Below, one piece after another: positions 51,752-62,499 of a stretch of 64,000 bases of DNA. This DNA comes from Gammaproteobacteria bacterium. GTDB taxonomy: Bacteria; Pseudomonadota; Gammaproteobacteria; WOZS01. The notes under the pieces are model-generated. The model saw nothing but the letters and a program-made list of their open reading frames with translations, was not told where the DNA came from and did no database searches. Location: NCBI GenBank assembly GCA_011620135.1, contig WOZS01000058.1, forward strand, positions 31,534-95,533, in the 5' to 3' direction. The translations under genes were made by a program, and so were the position numbers. Positions within the stretch are counted from its first letter, which is position 1. Each line of letters opens with the position of its first letter.

Positions 51752-52504
51752 GTGGCCATTGTCGCCATAGCGAATCAGAAAGGGGGGGTCGGCAAAACAT
51801 CGCTGGTTCTCAACCTGGGTTGGGCCTTTGGCGAAATGGGCTATCATGTGCTGCTGGCTGATTTGGACCCCCAGGGCCATCTGACGGCCGTTTTTGGCGA
51901 TCAGGGGGCAGCAGGCTTGAGCAGCTTTCTGGAAAAGCAGGAAGCTGGCGCTCGCCCAATCGCATCCGGCATCCATCTCCTGGGCATGGAGCCTGGATCA
52001 TTCAAGTCGCGCGATCCACAGACCACATCAGCTGCCATCGAGGCGTTGGCTGCAGGTTATGAGGTGGTGTTGCTGGATTGCCCACCGAGCGACGGCTTGC
52101 TGCTGCAAGCAGCGCTCAAGGCGGCAAACGCGCTGCTGATCCCCCTGCACCCGGATTATCTTTCCATGAACGGCTTATCGCGCTTCATTCAGTTCACCCA
52201 GAGCCTGGAAGGAACAAAGCCTTTTCATCTCGTCTTGAATCGTGTCTCCAAAAGGCGTCGTCTCGATGACGAGGTGCGGGCGCGTCTGCTGGCTTATTTT
52301 GGAGAGCGCCTGCTGCACACGGGGATTCGTGAGGCCATTGCCATTGCCGAGAGTCCAGGTTTTGGCCAAAGCCTTTTCCAATATGCGCCTGGTCATGGTG
52401 CTCTGGCGGATTATCGCGCCGTGGCTCGGGAGTTGCAGGCTGCCCTGGCGTGGCCTCCGCCCCGTAATAGCCAACTACTGCCAAGGCACCTGGCCGTGCA
52501 TTGA
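51752..52504 (+). CDS. ParA/MinD-family ATPase (che-associated ParC-like or orphan ParA)
   Basis: Deviant Walker A NQKGGVGKT; GTG start; no adjacent parB. Confidence 0.8.
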   Translation: MAIVAIANQKGGVGKTSLVLNLGWAFGEMGYHVLLADLDPQGHLTAVFGDQGAAGLSSFLEKQEAGARPIASGIHLLGMEPGSFKSRDPQTTSAAIEALAAGYEVVLLDCPPSDGLLLQAALKAANALLIPLHPDYLSMNGLSRFIQFTQSLEGTKPFHLVLNRVSKRRRLDDEVRARLLAYFGERLLHTGIREAIAIAESPGFGQSLFQYAPGHGALADYRAVARELQAALAWPPPRNSQLLPRHLAVH

Positions 52505-52611
52505 GCCGTTCTCCTCTGCTTGCGCAGTCGTGCGTGGGTGCTGCCCGGAGCCAGTGGGGACGGTATGATATAATGCTTGTTTTTCATGAAAACAAGCTCG
52601 AGGGATGACCC

Positions 52612-52749
52612 ATGAAACGCACGTATCAGCCCAGTGTCATCAAGCGCAAACGCACCCATGGTTTTCGGGCGCGCATGCAAAATCGCGGTGGGCGACAGGT
52701 GATCAGGGCGCGGCGGGCCAAGGGACGTATGCGCTTGACAGTCTCATAA
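52612..52749 (+). CDS. rpmH: 50S ribosomal protein L34
   Basis: [40 protein letters not shown] is near-identical to the L34 consensus. TATAAT (52569-74) and a leader hairpin CTTGTTTT/AAAACAAG upstream. Confidence 0.9.
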   Translation: MKRTYQPSVIKRKRTHGFRARMQNRGGRQVIRARRAKGRMRLTVS

Positions 52750-52752
52750 ATT

Positions 52753-53142
52753 GTGCAAGCCTACCCAAAAGCAGCTCGGTTGCCAGACCGCGCCTCATTC
52801 GAGCGGGTATTGCGCCATGGGAAGCGGTACCGCGCCTCTGGCCTGACCGTGGCTTATCTGCCCAATGCTGTTTTCAGGCCACGGCTGGGGCTTGTGGTGC
52901 CGAAGCGCCACGTGCGCCATGCCACCATGCGCAATCGGATCAAGCGCATCATCCGCGAATCCTTCCGGATGCAAGGAACCCGGCTGCAGCCAGGGGATGT
53001 GGTGGTCATGGTGTACAGGGAAGCAGCCAATCTACCGCCAGGCGGGCTGCGCCAGTCCATGGATGGTTTGCTGGCCCGGTGCGCCCAGCGCCCGCTGGAG
53101 GAAGATGGCATGGATGAGAGGACGCTGTGCGCGATCAGCTGA
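52753..53142 (+). CDS. rnpA: RNase P protein component
   Basis: PKAARL..SFERV...RNRIKRIIRESFR is RnpA-like. Confidence 0.85.
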   Translation: MQAYPKAARLPDRASFERVLRHGKRYRASGLTVAYLPNAVFRPRLGLVVPKRHVRHATMRNRIKRIIRESFRMQGTRLQPGDVVVMVYREAANLPPGGLRQSMDGLLARCAQRPLEEDGMDERTLCAIS

Positions 53143-54779
53143 TGGATCATGTCCGTCTTGCCTTGCTGTTCGGGGTCATTTTTTCAGCCTTCCTGCTGTG
53201 GCAGGCATGGCGTCAGGAGCATGATCCCCTGGCGACACCACAGCAGGTGGGTTCCTTGCCCAGCCCAGGGCTGCCCGCGGCAGACCTGCCCCCGACTCTG
53301 CCAGGCATGGGCAAACCAAGAGAAGCAATCCTCTCTGGAGAACCTTCCCCGCCTGGCTCTGGTCAGGCCCTCGAGCTGCGGACAGATGTCTGGCGCGGCC
53401 GTCTGCCCCTGCAGGGTGCGGATATCAGTTATCTGGAGTTGCCTGGCTATCTGCAGCATCCCAATCCAGGCTCTGCACCTGTGGTTTTGCTGGACCAAGA
53501 GCATCCGTATGTTCTTGAGACTGGCCTTGTGAGTCCGGACCCCATCCCCCTGCCCACCCATCATGAAATCTATCAAGTCGCTCAAGCAGTGGAACGCCAG
53601 GAGCAGGTGGCCCAGGTTCGTTTCATGTGGGAGCGCGATGGCATCCAGGTGGAAAAGACTTACCAAGCCCAAAAAGGGCAGTACATCGCCGAGATCAGCT
53701 ATCGGGTGCGCAACACCACCACCCAGCCCATTCGCCTGCGCCAGTATGGCCAGCTGAAAAGGCGTGAGGGAGAGCCTGCGCAAAAAAGATTTGTCCATAC
53801 CTACAATGGCGGCGCCCTTTACGATGGGCAGTACGAAAAAGTGCCCCTGAAGCGCCTGCAGGATGGACAACTTGAGCGCTCCACACGCGGCGGCTGGGTG
53901 GCCATGGTGCAGCATTATTTTGTGGGCGCCATCCTGCCGCCATCTGGGGAAACCAATCAACTCTATGGGCGCGCCCTGTCCAAGGAGGTGGGCGTCATGG
54001 GTTTCCTTGGGGAAACCAAGACCATCGCCCCCGGGGGAGAGATCATGTTGCAACAAAGGGTCTTTCTCGGGCCGCAGCTCCAGGACCTGCTGCCAAAGGT
54101 GGTCCCTGGGCTTGATCGCGTGGTGGATTATGGCTATATCACCCTGCTGGCCAAGCCTGTCTTCCACATTCTGCACTGGTTCTACAAATTGCTCGGTAAC
54201 TGGGGCTGGTCGATCGTGGCCATTACCTTCGTGCTCAAGCTTGCCTTCTACAAGCTCACCGAGACGCAATATCGCTCCATGGCCAGGATGAAGCAGTTTG
54301 CCCCCCGCATCCAGGCGCTGCGGGAGCGTTATGCGGAGGATCGAGCCCGGTTGCAGCAGGCCATGATGGAGCTTTATCGCAAGGAAAAATTCAACCCATT
54401 CGGCGGCTGTCTGCCCATGCTGGTCCAGATGCCAGTCTTCATTGCCCTGTACTGGGTCTTGGTGGAAAGCGTGGAGTTGCGCCAAGCCCCCTTTGTCCTC
54501 TGGATCAAGGACCTCTCGGAGCCTGATCCCTACTACCTGTTGCCCATACTGTTCGGGGTGAGCATGCTGGTCCAGCAACGCCTGGCGGGAACCAATACGA
54601 CCATGGACCCCGCCCAGGCGCGCATCATGCAGTTCATGCCCATCGGGCTTGCCATCTTCTTTTCCTTTTTTCCATCGGGCCTGGTGTTGTATTGGCTGGT
54701 GAGCAACGTGATCAGCATCACCCAGCAGCGCTGGATTGGAAAGCGCATGGCCAGGCACGCCAGCCATGCGGCCACCTGA
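53142..54779 (+). CDS. yidC: membrane protein insertase YidC
   Basis: N-terminal TM, large periplasmic domain, C-terminal 5-TM core (..PMLVQMPVFIALY..). Confidence 0.95.
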   Translation: MDHVRLALLFGVIFSAFLLWQAWRQEHDPLATPQQVGSLPSPGLPAADLPPTLPGMGKPREAILSGEPSPPGSGQALELRTDVWRGRLPLQGADISYLELPGYLQHPNPGSAPVVLLDQEHPYVLETGLVSPDPIPLPTHHEIYQVAQAVERQEQVAQVRFMWERDGIQVEKTYQAQKGQYIAEISYRVRNTTTQPIRLRQYGQLKRREGEPAQKRFVHTYNGGALYDGQYEKVPLKRLQDGQLERSTRGGWVAMVQHYFVGAILPPSGETNQLYGRALSKEVGVMGFLGETKTIAPGGEIMLQQRVFLGPQLQDLLPKVVPGLDRVVDYGYITLLAKPVFHILHWFYKLLGNWGWSIVAITFVLKLAFYKLTETQYRSMARMKQFAPRIQALRERYAEDRARLQQAMMELYRKEKFNPFGGCLPMLVQMPVFIALYWVLVESVELRQAPFVLWIKDLSEPDPYYLLPILFGVSMLVQQRLAGTNTTMDPAQARIMQFMPIGLAIFFSFFPSGLVLYWLVSNVISITQQRWIGKRMARHASHAAT

Positions 54780-54828
54780 ACAGGCCTTGCGGCACCATGG
54801 CAGGCCATGCCAGGTTGGCTCCATACCC

Positions 54829-56187
54829 ATGGCCCAGGAAACCATTGCCGCCATGGCCACAGCCCCAGGGTGTGGCGCCATTGGCATTGTGCGGGTCTGC
54901 GGACCAGCCACCCGTGATGTGGCCATGGCCATTACCGGTACGGTACCTCCCGCCCGCACCGCCACATTGGCCACATTCAGCAACCAGCAAGGGGCATCCA
55001 TTGACGAGGGCATTGCCATTTTTTTTGAGGCGCCGGCATCTTATACTGGGGAGGATTGCCTCGAACTGCAAGGGCATGGCGGTCGTGTCGTGCTCAACCA
55101 GGTTCTGGAGGCTGTGCTCGCCTGTGGTGTGCGTCTGGCGCATCCTGGTGAATTTACCCAACGGGCCTTTCGCCACGGCAAGCTGAATCTCATCCAGGCC
55201 GAGGCAGTGGCGGATCTGATCCAGGCCAGCACGCCACAGGCCGCGCTGGCGGCGTCGCGTTCGTTGCGTGGCGTCTTTTCGGATGCCGTCTATGAGATGG
55301 CCGAGATGCTCGCCGAGATGCGCAGCACCATGGAGGCCTCTATCGATTTTGCCGAGGACATGGACGCAGGGCTGGATATCATGGGCGCAGTCCGGGTCAT
55401 GCTGCAGGCGCTGCGCGCCAGGCTGGCGGGTGTCTTGACTCAGGCCCGTGAAGGCCGGGCGGTGGCCGAAGGCCTGCAGGTGGTTCTGGTGGGGGCGCCC
55501 AACGCCGGAAAATCCAGCCTGTTCAATGTGCTGAGTGGTGAGGAGGCGGCCATTGTCACCGCCATGCCGGGCACCACCAGGGATGCCTTGCTGCGCCAGA
55601 TCCTCTTGGAAGGCCTGCTGATCAATCTGACGGATACAGCGGGTCTGGCCCCATTGCCGGATCCCATCGAGGCTATGGGCATAGAGAAAACGAAAATGTC
55701 CTGCCTAAGGGCCGATCTGCTGCTGGCGGTGGCCAGCGACGATGAACCTTTCAGTGTCCAGCAGGAGATGGTGCAACGGCTGCTGCAGGAACTGGGCAGC
55801 CATGTGGCGGTCCTTTGGGTGCGCAACAAGATCGATCTGACGGGTTCTCCTGCCGCCATCGAGGTGCAAGACGGCGCCAGCATGGTCTATTGTTCAGCGC
55901 TGAATGGGGTCGGCATGGATTTGCTGCGCCAGGCCATCAAAGACCAACTGCTGCAAGGGCATAGCAATCCGGAGCCCGCCTTTGCAGCCCGGCGGCGCCA
56001 TGTGGAATCCCTCACCCAGGTCAATGCCTTCCTTCAGGCCACAGACCATTTCCTGGCCCAGGGCCCGCTTGAGCTGGCCGCCGAGCAATTGCGCCAGGCA
56101 CAGGTGGCATTGGGCGAGATCGTGGGGGAATCCAGCAACGAGGCATTGCTGGAGCGCATCTTCAGCAGCTTCTGTATCGGCAAGTGA
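54829..56187 (+). CDS. mnmE: tRNA modification GTPase MnmE
   Basis: G-domain [10 protein letters not shown]; ends ...FCIGK (MnmE C-terminal CxGK). Confidence 0.95.
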   Translation: MAQETIAAMATAPGCGAIGIVRVCGPATRDVAMAITGTVPPARTATLATFSNQQGASIDEGIAIFFEAPASYTGEDCLELQGHGGRVVLNQVLEAVLACGVRLAHPGEFTQRAFRHGKLNLIQAEAVADLIQASTPQAALAASRSLRGVFSDAVYEMAEMLAEMRSTMEASIDFAEDMDAGLDIMGAVRVMLQALRARLAGVLTQAREGRAVAEGLQVVLVGAPNAGKSSLFNVLSGEEAAIVTAMPGTTRDALLRQILLEGLLINLTDTAGLAPLPDPIEAMGIEKTKMSCLRADLLLAVASDDEPFSVQQEMVQRLLQELGSHVAVLWVRNKIDLTGSPAAIEVQDGASMVYCSALNGVGMDLLRQAIKDQLLQGHSNPEPAFAARRRHVESLTQVNAFLQATDHFLAQGPLELAAEQLRQAQVALGEIVGESSNEALLERIFSSFCIGK

Positions 56188-56207
56188 ATGATGGAGAGGG
56201 CAGCAGG

Positions 56208-58088
56208 ATGAGCGATGGCCTGGCCTATGACGTGGTTGTCATTGGGGGCGGTCATGCCGGGTGTGAGGCTGCTGCCGCGGCAGTACGACTGGGCGCGCGT
56301 GCGCTGCTGTTGACCAGCAGACGGGCCACCATTGGGCAGATGAGCTGCAACCCGGCCTTTGGGGGCATTGGCAAGGGGCATCTCATCAAGGAGATCGATG
56401 CCTTGGACGGTCTGATGGGCCGGGCTGCCGAGGCGGCGGCCATCCATGGCCGCACCCTCAATGCCTCCAAAGGCAAGGCCGTGCAGGCCACCCGGTTGCA
56501 GGCCGATCGCTCCTGCTACCGGGAAGCCATGCAGCAGCTGCTGGATGGGGTGCCGGGTCTTGTGGTGGAAGAGGCCACGGTGGTGGATCTGGCGCTGTGC
56601 CGCGCCGCCAGGGACGGCCGGCAAAGCATCGAGGCTGTGATTACGGAAGATGGCAGGCGTTTTGCGGCCCATGCCGTGGTGCTGACCGCAGGTACTTTCC
56701 TGTGCGGCACCATGTATATCGGGTTGAGCATGGCTGCCGGCGGCCGGCGGGATGATGCGGCCGCCACAGCGCTGGGCGAGGTCCTGCGACGTCTGCCCCT
56801 GGGTGCAGGACGCCTCAAGACCGGCACTCCACCGCGGCTTGCGGCAGAAAGCATCGATGTGTCGGCCATGGTACCGCAACCGGGTGACCAACCCTTACCG
56901 AGACTCTCTTTTCTGCCCAGACTCAAACCTGTCCTGCCCCAGGTGAGTTGTTATCAGACAGCCACCACGCCACGAACCCATGCCATCGTGCGCGCAGCGC
57001 TGGACCAGTCACCGCTCCATGCCGGACTCATCAAGGGAACGGGGCCGCGTTATTGCCCTTCCATCGAGGACAAGGTGGTGCGCTTTGCCGAGAAGGTCGC
57101 CCATCATGTGTTCATCGAGCCAGAAGGGCTGGAGAGCACGGAGGTCTATCCCAACGGCATTTCCACCAGCCTGCCTGAAGAGGTGCAGCTGGCCATGGTT
57201 CGCTCCATTCCTGGTCTCGAGCAGGCCAGGATCACCAAGCCGGGCTATGCCATCGAGTACGATTATTTCGATCCTCGTGAGCTCACGCCGAGCCTGGCCT
57301 CCCGACATGTGCCCAATCTGTTCCTGGCAGGTCAGGTCAATGGCACCACCGGTTACGAGGAGGCTGCTGCCCAGGGTCTGCTGGCAGGGCTCAACTCAGC
57401 TCGATTCGTGGCAGGACTGCCGTCATGGACGCCCAGCCGCCAGGAAGCCTATCTGGGCGTGCTGGTGGACGACCTGCTGACCCAGGGAGCCCCGGAACCC
57501 TATCGCATGTTCACCAGTCGTGCCGAATACCGCCTTGCCCTGCGGGAGGACAACGCCGATCTGCGCCTGACGACCACGGGCCGCCAGCTGGGTCTGGTAG
57601 GGGCTGCACGCTGGCAGGCTTATTGCATGAAAGCCGAGGCCATGGCGATGGTCCGGTCACGCCTGCAGCAGCAGGTCATCCGGCCGGGTGATGACTGTGC
57701 TCGTTTTCTGGCCGGGCACGGGGTATCCATCCGCGAGGCCAGTACAGCACTTGGTTTGCTGGGGCGCAGTGACTGCAATCTCGAGCTCCTGCAGCAGGCC
57801 AGCGCGGCTTTGATGGATCTGGATAGTGAGGCAAGTCGCGTTCTGGAGTATGAATTGAAATATCAACCCTACATCGCGCGTGCCGCAGCCAATGAGGCAC
57901 GTCGGGCCGATCGCACGATCAGTCTGCCGCTGCATCTGGATTACACTGTCGTATCAGGCCTGACCATAGAGGCCCGGGATCGGCTCAGTGCAGCGCGCCC
58001 CCGGACCCTGGATGAGGCGGCGCGGTTGTCCGGGGTGACGCCAGCTGCATTGTCCTGCATTCTGAGCCATCTGGCCAAAAGCGCCTGA
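56208..58088 (+). CDS. mnmG: tRNA uridine 5-carboxymethylaminomethyl modification enzyme MnmG (GidA)
   Basis: [19 protein letters not shown] motif; 626 aa. Confidence 0.95.
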   Translation: MSDGLAYDVVVIGGGHAGCEAAAAAVRLGARALLLTSRRATIGQMSCNPAFGGIGKGHLIKEIDALDGLMGRAAEAAAIHGRTLNASKGKAVQATRLQADRSCYREAMQQLLDGVPGLVVEEATVVDLALCRAARDGRQSIEAVITEDGRRFAAHAVVLTAGTFLCGTMYIGLSMAAGGRRDDAAATALGEVLRRLPLGAGRLKTGTPPRLAAESIDVSAMVPQPGDQPLPRLSFLPRLKPVLPQVSCYQTATTPRTHAIVRAALDQSPLHAGLIKGTGPRYCPSIEDKVVRFAEKVAHHVFIEPEGLESTEVYPNGISTSLPEEVQLAMVRSIPGLEQARITKPGYAIEYDYFDPRELTPSLASRHVPNLFLAGQVNGTTGYEEAAAQGLLAGLNSARFVAGLPSWTPSRQEAYLGVLVDDLLTQGAPEPYRMFTSRAEYRLALREDNADLRLTTTGRQLGLVGAARWQAYCMKAEAMAMVRSRLQQQVIRPGDDCARFLAGHGVSIREASTALGLLGRSDCNLELLQQASAALMDLDSEASRVLEYELKYQPYIARAAANEARRADRTISLPLHLDYTVVSGLTIEARDRLSAARPRTLDEAARLSGVTPAALSCILSHLAKSA

Positions 58089-59701
58089 TGAAGCGGCTCA
58101 TTATTCTTGCCTGCCTGCTGATTGGGCTGGCCAGCCAGGCGCTGGGGGCAGGGCAGACATTGCGCCGCGGCAACGGTGCAGATCCCCAGACCCTGGATCC
58201 AGGCCGGGCCCAGGGGGTGCCGGAAAGCAATATCCTGCGCGATTTGTTCGAGGGGCTCGTTACCGAGGATGCCTGCGGCAACCTGATTCCCGGCGTGGCC
58301 CAGTCATGGAGCGCGAGCCCCGATGGGCTCACTTACACCTTCCAGCTGCGGCCGACGGCGCGCTGGTCCAATGGCGATCCTGTCACGGCCCATGATTTCG
58401 TCTTCAGCCTGCGGCGCACCGTGGATCCGGCCACGGGTTCTCTGTATGGCGCCATTCTCGAGCCCATCACCAATGCCCGGGAGATCGTCGCCGGCAAGGC
58501 CAAGCCGGATACCCTGGGTATCGAGGCCCTTGATGCCCACACTCTGGTGATCCACCTGCACCGGCCAGCCCCTTTCCTGCCGGGTATCCTGGCCCATCAG
58601 GCAGCCTTCCCGGTGCATCCCAGCACCGTGGTGCGCTATGGCCTGGATTTTGTCAAGCCTGGCCGGCTGGTGAGCAACGGTGCCTACAGGCTCAAGGACT
58701 GGGTGATGCAATCCCATGTTCTCCTGGAGCGCAATGCCGCCTATTGGGACGACGCCCACACTGGCTTCGATGCCGTGCGCTTCGAGGCCACAGAAGACAT
58801 CTATTCCGAGCTCAAGCGCTTCCGGGCTGGCGAGCTGGATATCACGGACACCGTGCCCTCCATGCAGATCGGCTGGGTCAAGGCGCATCTGGGGCGGGCG
58901 TTGCACATTGCCCCTTACCTGGGCGTTTACTATTATGGCCTGAATCTCACCAGGGAGCCCTTTGATGACAATCAGGCGCTGCGCCTTGCCCTGGCGCTGG
59001 CCATCGATCGTGACATTTTGACCAGCAAGATCCTGCATGGCGGGGAGCAGCCAGCATACGGCTTCGTTCCTCCCATGCCTGGTTACCATGGCGCCACGTT
59101 TCCAGAAGCCCGGATGAACCGGGAAGAGCGCTGGCAGAAGGCCCGCGAGCTCTATGCACAGTCAGGATACAGCCTCCAGCGTCCCCTGGAAGTGGAGTTG
59201 CTCTACAATACCCAGAGCGACCATAAGATACTGGCTGTGGCTGTTGCCCAGATGTGGCAGCAGGTGCTGGGTGTGCGGGTCCGTCTGATCAACCAGGAAT
59301 GGAAGGTCTTCTTACAGACCCGCCAGGAAAAACGAGACACCCAGGTCTTTCGTGCCGGCTGGATCGGCGATTATAGGGACCCGGAGACCTTCCTGAGCAT
59401 ACTCACCTCCTGGCATGAGATGAACGACACGGGCTATGCCAGCCCAACCTATGACAATGCCTTGGAAAAAGCCATGATGGAACCCGATGCCACCAAGCGC
59501 TTTGCCCTGCTTGAGCAGGCCGAGCGCATTCTGCTGCAGGATCTGCCGGTCATTCCCTTGTTCTTCTATTCTTCGAAGCACCTGGTCAATCCCGACCTGG
59601 GCGGATACAGGGACAACATCATGGACCATCACCTCAGTCGCTGGATGGCGCGGCGCAAGCCCACAGGACAGGAAGCACCCATATGCTCTCCCTCATCCTG
59701 A
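58088..59701 (+). CDS. oppA: oligopeptide ABC transporter substrate-binding protein
   Basis: Signal peptide. Extensive co-linearity with E. coli OppA (GVPESNILRDLFEGL.., NQEWKVFL..). TGATG overlap with the mnmG stop. Confidence 0.85.
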   Translation: MKRLIILACLLIGLASQALGAGQTLRRGNGADPQTLDPGRAQGVPESNILRDLFEGLVTEDACGNLIPGVAQSWSASPDGLTYTFQLRPTARWSNGDPVTAHDFVFSLRRTVDPATGSLYGAILEPITNAREIVAGKAKPDTLGIEALDAHTLVIHLHRPAPFLPGILAHQAAFPVHPSTVVRYGLDFVKPGRLVSNGAYRLKDWVMQSHVLLERNAAYWDDAHTGFDAVRFEATEDIYSELKRFRAGELDITDTVPSMQIGWVKAHLGRALHIAPYLGVYYYGLNLTREPFDDNQALRLALALAIDRDILTSKILHGGEQPAYGFVPPMPGYHGATFPEARMNREERWQKARELYAQSGYSLQRPLEVELLYNTQSDHKILAVAVAQMWQQVLGVRVRLINQEWKVFLQTRQEKRDTQVFRAGWIGDYRDPETFLSILTSWHEMNDTGYASPTYDNALEKAMMEPDATKRFALLEQAERILLQDLPVIPLFFYSSKHLVNPDLGGYRDNIMDHHLSRWMARRKPTGQEAPICSPSS

Positions 59702-60609
59702 GGCGGCTGCTGCAGGCCATACCCACCCTGTTTTTGCTGATTACCATCAGCTTCGCCATGGTGCGCGCCGCCCCCGGGGGCCCTTTTTCCACCGAGCGCG
59801 CCCTGCCCCCCGAGGTGGAGCGTGCCCTGCAGGCCAGGTATCATTTGGATGAGCCATTGCCGCAGCAGTACTTGCGCTATCTGGGGTCGGTGGTGCGGGG
59901 CGACCTGGGGCCATCCTTTCGCTATGAGGAATACTCGGTCAATGATCTCATAGCCCAGGGAATCCCGGTGACGGCTCGCCTCGGCCTGTTTGCCATGGCT
60001 CTGGCTCTGCTGGTGGGGATTGGTCTGGGTATTGCAGCGGCCTGGTGGCACCACAGCACTGTGGACCGCCTTTTCATGCTCGCTGCCGTCACTGGCATCT
60101 CGGTGCCCAGTTTTGTGCTGGCCCCCTTGTTCATCCTGCTCTTTGCCGTGCTGTGGCATTGGCTGCCAGCCGGGGGCTATGCTCCGGGAACCATAGCCCC
60201 CATGGTCCTTCCCGTGCTGGCGCTGGCCCTGCCGCAAATGGCCTATATAGCCCGGTTGACCCGGGGCGCCATGCTGGAGGTATTGCGCAGCCCTTTCATA
60301 CGCACCGCCCGGGCCAAGGGGCTTGGTATGCGCTTGATTCTGCTGCGTCATGCCTTGCGCCCTGCGCTGATCCCCGTGCTGAGCTATGCAGGCCCGGCCC
60401 TGGCGGGACTGCTTTCGGGTTCTGTGGTGGTGGAGCAGATCTTTGGTCTGCCCGGCATAGGTCGTTTCTTCATCCAGGGCGCACTCAATCGCGATTATAC
60501 GCTGGTCATGGGGGTCACCATTTTAGCGGGCGTGGTCATCATCCTCATGAACCTTTTGGTGGATCTGGCCTATATGGCCCTGGATCCCCGATTGGGTGCT
60601 CGTGGATGA
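59683..60609 (+). CDS. oppB: oligopeptide ABC transporter permease
   Basis: MLSLILRRLLQAIPTLFLLITISF is the OppB N-terminus; EAA loop region present. Confidence 0.85.
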   Translation: MLSLILRRLLQAIPTLFLLITISFAMVRAAPGGPFSTERALPPEVERALQARYHLDEPLPQQYLRYLGSVVRGDLGPSFRYEEYSVNDLIAQGIPVTARLGLFAMALALLVGIGLGIAAAWWHHSTVDRLFMLAAVTGISVPSFVLAPLFILLFAVLWHWLPAGGYAPGTIAPMVLPVLALALPQMAYIARLTRGAMLEVLRSPFIRTARAKGLGMRLILLRHALRPALIPVLSYAGPALAGLLSGSVVVEQIFGLPGIGRFFIQGALNRDYTLVMGVTILAGVVIILMNLLVDLAYMALDPRLGARG

Positions 60610-61502
60610 ATGAGATGAACGCGCCTGCTGCCAGCAAGAAACAACCCAACACCAACCTTGGCCTCTATGGAGGTGCTTGGCTGCGACTGCGAGAGAACCG
60701 CTGGGCCAGGTGGGCCGTCTGGGTGCTGGCGATCTTGCTGTTGCTGCTCTTTGCGGTAGGTCCTCTGCTGAGCCCCTATGCCCCGGACCATGCCGACTGG
60801 GATCACATCCTGGTGAGGCCGGGATTGATGGCAAGCCACTATCTCGGCACCGATGTGATAGGCCGCGACCTGTTTGCCCGCATCATGCAAGGCGGGCGCA
60901 TTTCGCTGATGGTGGGGTTTGCCGGTGCCCTGGTCAGTCTGCTGATCGGGGTGTGCTATGGAGCCATCGCTGGTTTCGTGGGGGGGCGCCTCGATATGTT
61001 CATGATGCGTCTTGTGGATCTGCTCTATGCGCTGCCCTTCATGTTTTTCGTGATCCTGCTCATGGTTTTCTTTGGGCGCAGCTTTCTGTTGATCTTCGTG
61101 GCCATCGGCGCCATCAATTGGCTGGATATGGCGCGCATTGTTCGCGGTCAGGCAATGAGCTTGCGCAACCTGGCGTTTATCGAGGCGGCACGTGTCTATG
61201 GCCAGTCTACCATCGGTATCCTGGTGCGCCATGTGGTTCCCAATCTGTTGGGCGTGGTGCTGGTGTATGCCACAATGACGATCCCCCAGGTGATGATGAT
61301 CGAGGCTTTCTTGAGTTTTCTGGGATTAGGTGTCCAGGAGCCCTTGACCAGCTGGGGCACGCTGATCAAGGAGGGGGCTGACCTCATGGAGGTGGCGCCC
61401 TATCTGCTCATTTTTCCAGGAGGTTGTTTTGCCTTGACGGTGCTTTGTTTCAACATGCTTGGTGATGGTCTGCGCGATGCGCTGGACCCGAAGGAGCGCT
61501 GA
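60606..61502 (+). CDS. oppC: oligopeptide ABC transporter permease
   Basis: OppC/DppC-like 6-TM permease; ATGA overlap with oppB. Confidence 0.85.
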   Translation: MNEMNAPAASKKQPNTNLGLYGGAWLRLRENRWARWAVWVLAILLLLLFAVGPLLSPYAPDHADWDHILVRPGLMASHYLGTDVIGRDLFARIMQGGRISLMVGFAGALVSLLIGVCYGAIAGFVGGRLDMFMMRLVDLLYALPFMFFVILLMVFFGRSFLLIFVAIGAINWLDMARIVRGQAMSLRNLAFIEAARVYGQSTIGILVRHVVPNLLGVVLVYATMTIPQVMMIEAFLSFLGLGVQEPLTSWGTLIKEGADLMEVAPYLLIFPGGCFALTVLCFNMLGDGLRDALDPKER

Positions 61503-61505
61503 GCC

Positions 61506-62471
61506 GTGGCCCTGTTGTCCATCGAGGGCTTGCGAGTCACCTATCCAGGCATGCAGGGCAGCTTGCTGCATGTGGTGAATGGCGTCGATCTGGAGCTTTA
61601 CGCCGGTGAGGTCTGTGCCGTGGTGGGGGAGTCCGGTTCCGGCAAGAGCCAGACAGCCATGGCAGCGATGGGACTGCTGGATGAGCAGGCGCAGGTGTCA
61701 GGGGTCATCCGCTTCCAGGGCAATGACCTTGTGGCAAGCAAGGCATGGCATGGCGTTCGTGGTTCTCGGATTGCCATGGTTTTTCAGGACCCCATGTCAG
61801 CGTTGAACCCATATCTCACCATCGAACGCCAGATGACCGAGGTGCTGATGGTGCACAAGGGATGCAGCCGACTCGATGCCAGGGATCGTGCCATCAAGGA
61901 GCTGAACCATATGCGCATACCAGATGCGGCACGTAGCATCATGCGATATCCCCATGAGTTTTCAGGCGGCATGCGGCAACGCGTCCTGCTGGCCATGGCC
62001 CTGCTTTGCGAACCCGACCTGTTGATTGCCGATGAAGCCACCGCCGCCCTGGATGTGACCGTACAGGCGCAGATTCTGCAGTTGCTCAAGGAAGTGAGAG
62101 ATTCCCACCACATGAGCATCTGGATCATCACCCATGATCTTGGTGTTGTGGCTGCCCTGGGCGATCGGGTGGCGGTGATGTATGCAGGTCGCATTGTGGA
62201 GACAGGACCAGTTCAGGAGGTCTTCGATCAGCCTGCTCACCCCTATACCCAGGCGCTGCTGGAGGCCATGCCCCGGGACGATCAGCCCTTGCGGCCCATC
62301 AGGGGGCAGCCTCCGAGCCCTGCCGCCATCCCGCCGGGCTGTCCCTTTCATCCCCGTTGCCCACGCTGTTTTGACCCCTGCGACAAGGAAATGCCCCGGG
62401 GGATGTCGCTCAGCGGAGAGCATAAGGCAGCCTGTCATCTGCTGTCACATCCACAGGAGTTGGCTTCGTGA
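61506..62471 (+). CDS. oppD: oligopeptide ABC transporter ATP-binding protein
   Basis: GESGSGKS Walker A, LSGG signature, C-terminal oligopeptide-transporter ATPase domain; GTG start. Confidence 0.85.
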   Translation: MALLSIEGLRVTYPGMQGSLLHVVNGVDLELYAGEVCAVVGESGSGKSQTAMAAMGLLDEQAQVSGVIRFQGNDLVASKAWHGVRGSRIAMVFQDPMSALNPYLTIERQMTEVLMVHKGCSRLDARDRAIKELNHMRIPDAARSIMRYPHEFSGGMRQRVLLAMALLCEPDLLIADEATAALDVTVQAQILQLLKEVRDSHHMSIWIITHDLGVVAALGDRVAVMYAGRIVETGPVQEVFDQPAHPYTQALLEAMPRDDQPLRPIRGQPPSPAAIPPGCPFHPRCPRCFDPCDKEMPRGMSLSGEHKAACHLLSHPQELAS

Positions 62472-62499
62472 GCAAGCAGCCAAGGCATGCAGTACTGGC

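Noticed and set aside
52505-52611. DnaA boxes / oriC upstream of rpmH
   Set aside because: No TTATCCACA-like 9-mers seen by eye in the rpmH upstream region or elsewhere in the window.
52865-53224. Possible yidD between rnpA and yidC (ORF 52865..53224)
   Set aside because: It overlaps rnpA out of frame, and its translation lacks the YidD CRF.P.CS.Y motif.
53184-55019. 611-aa minus-strand ORF
   Set aside because: Antisense to yidC/mnmE.
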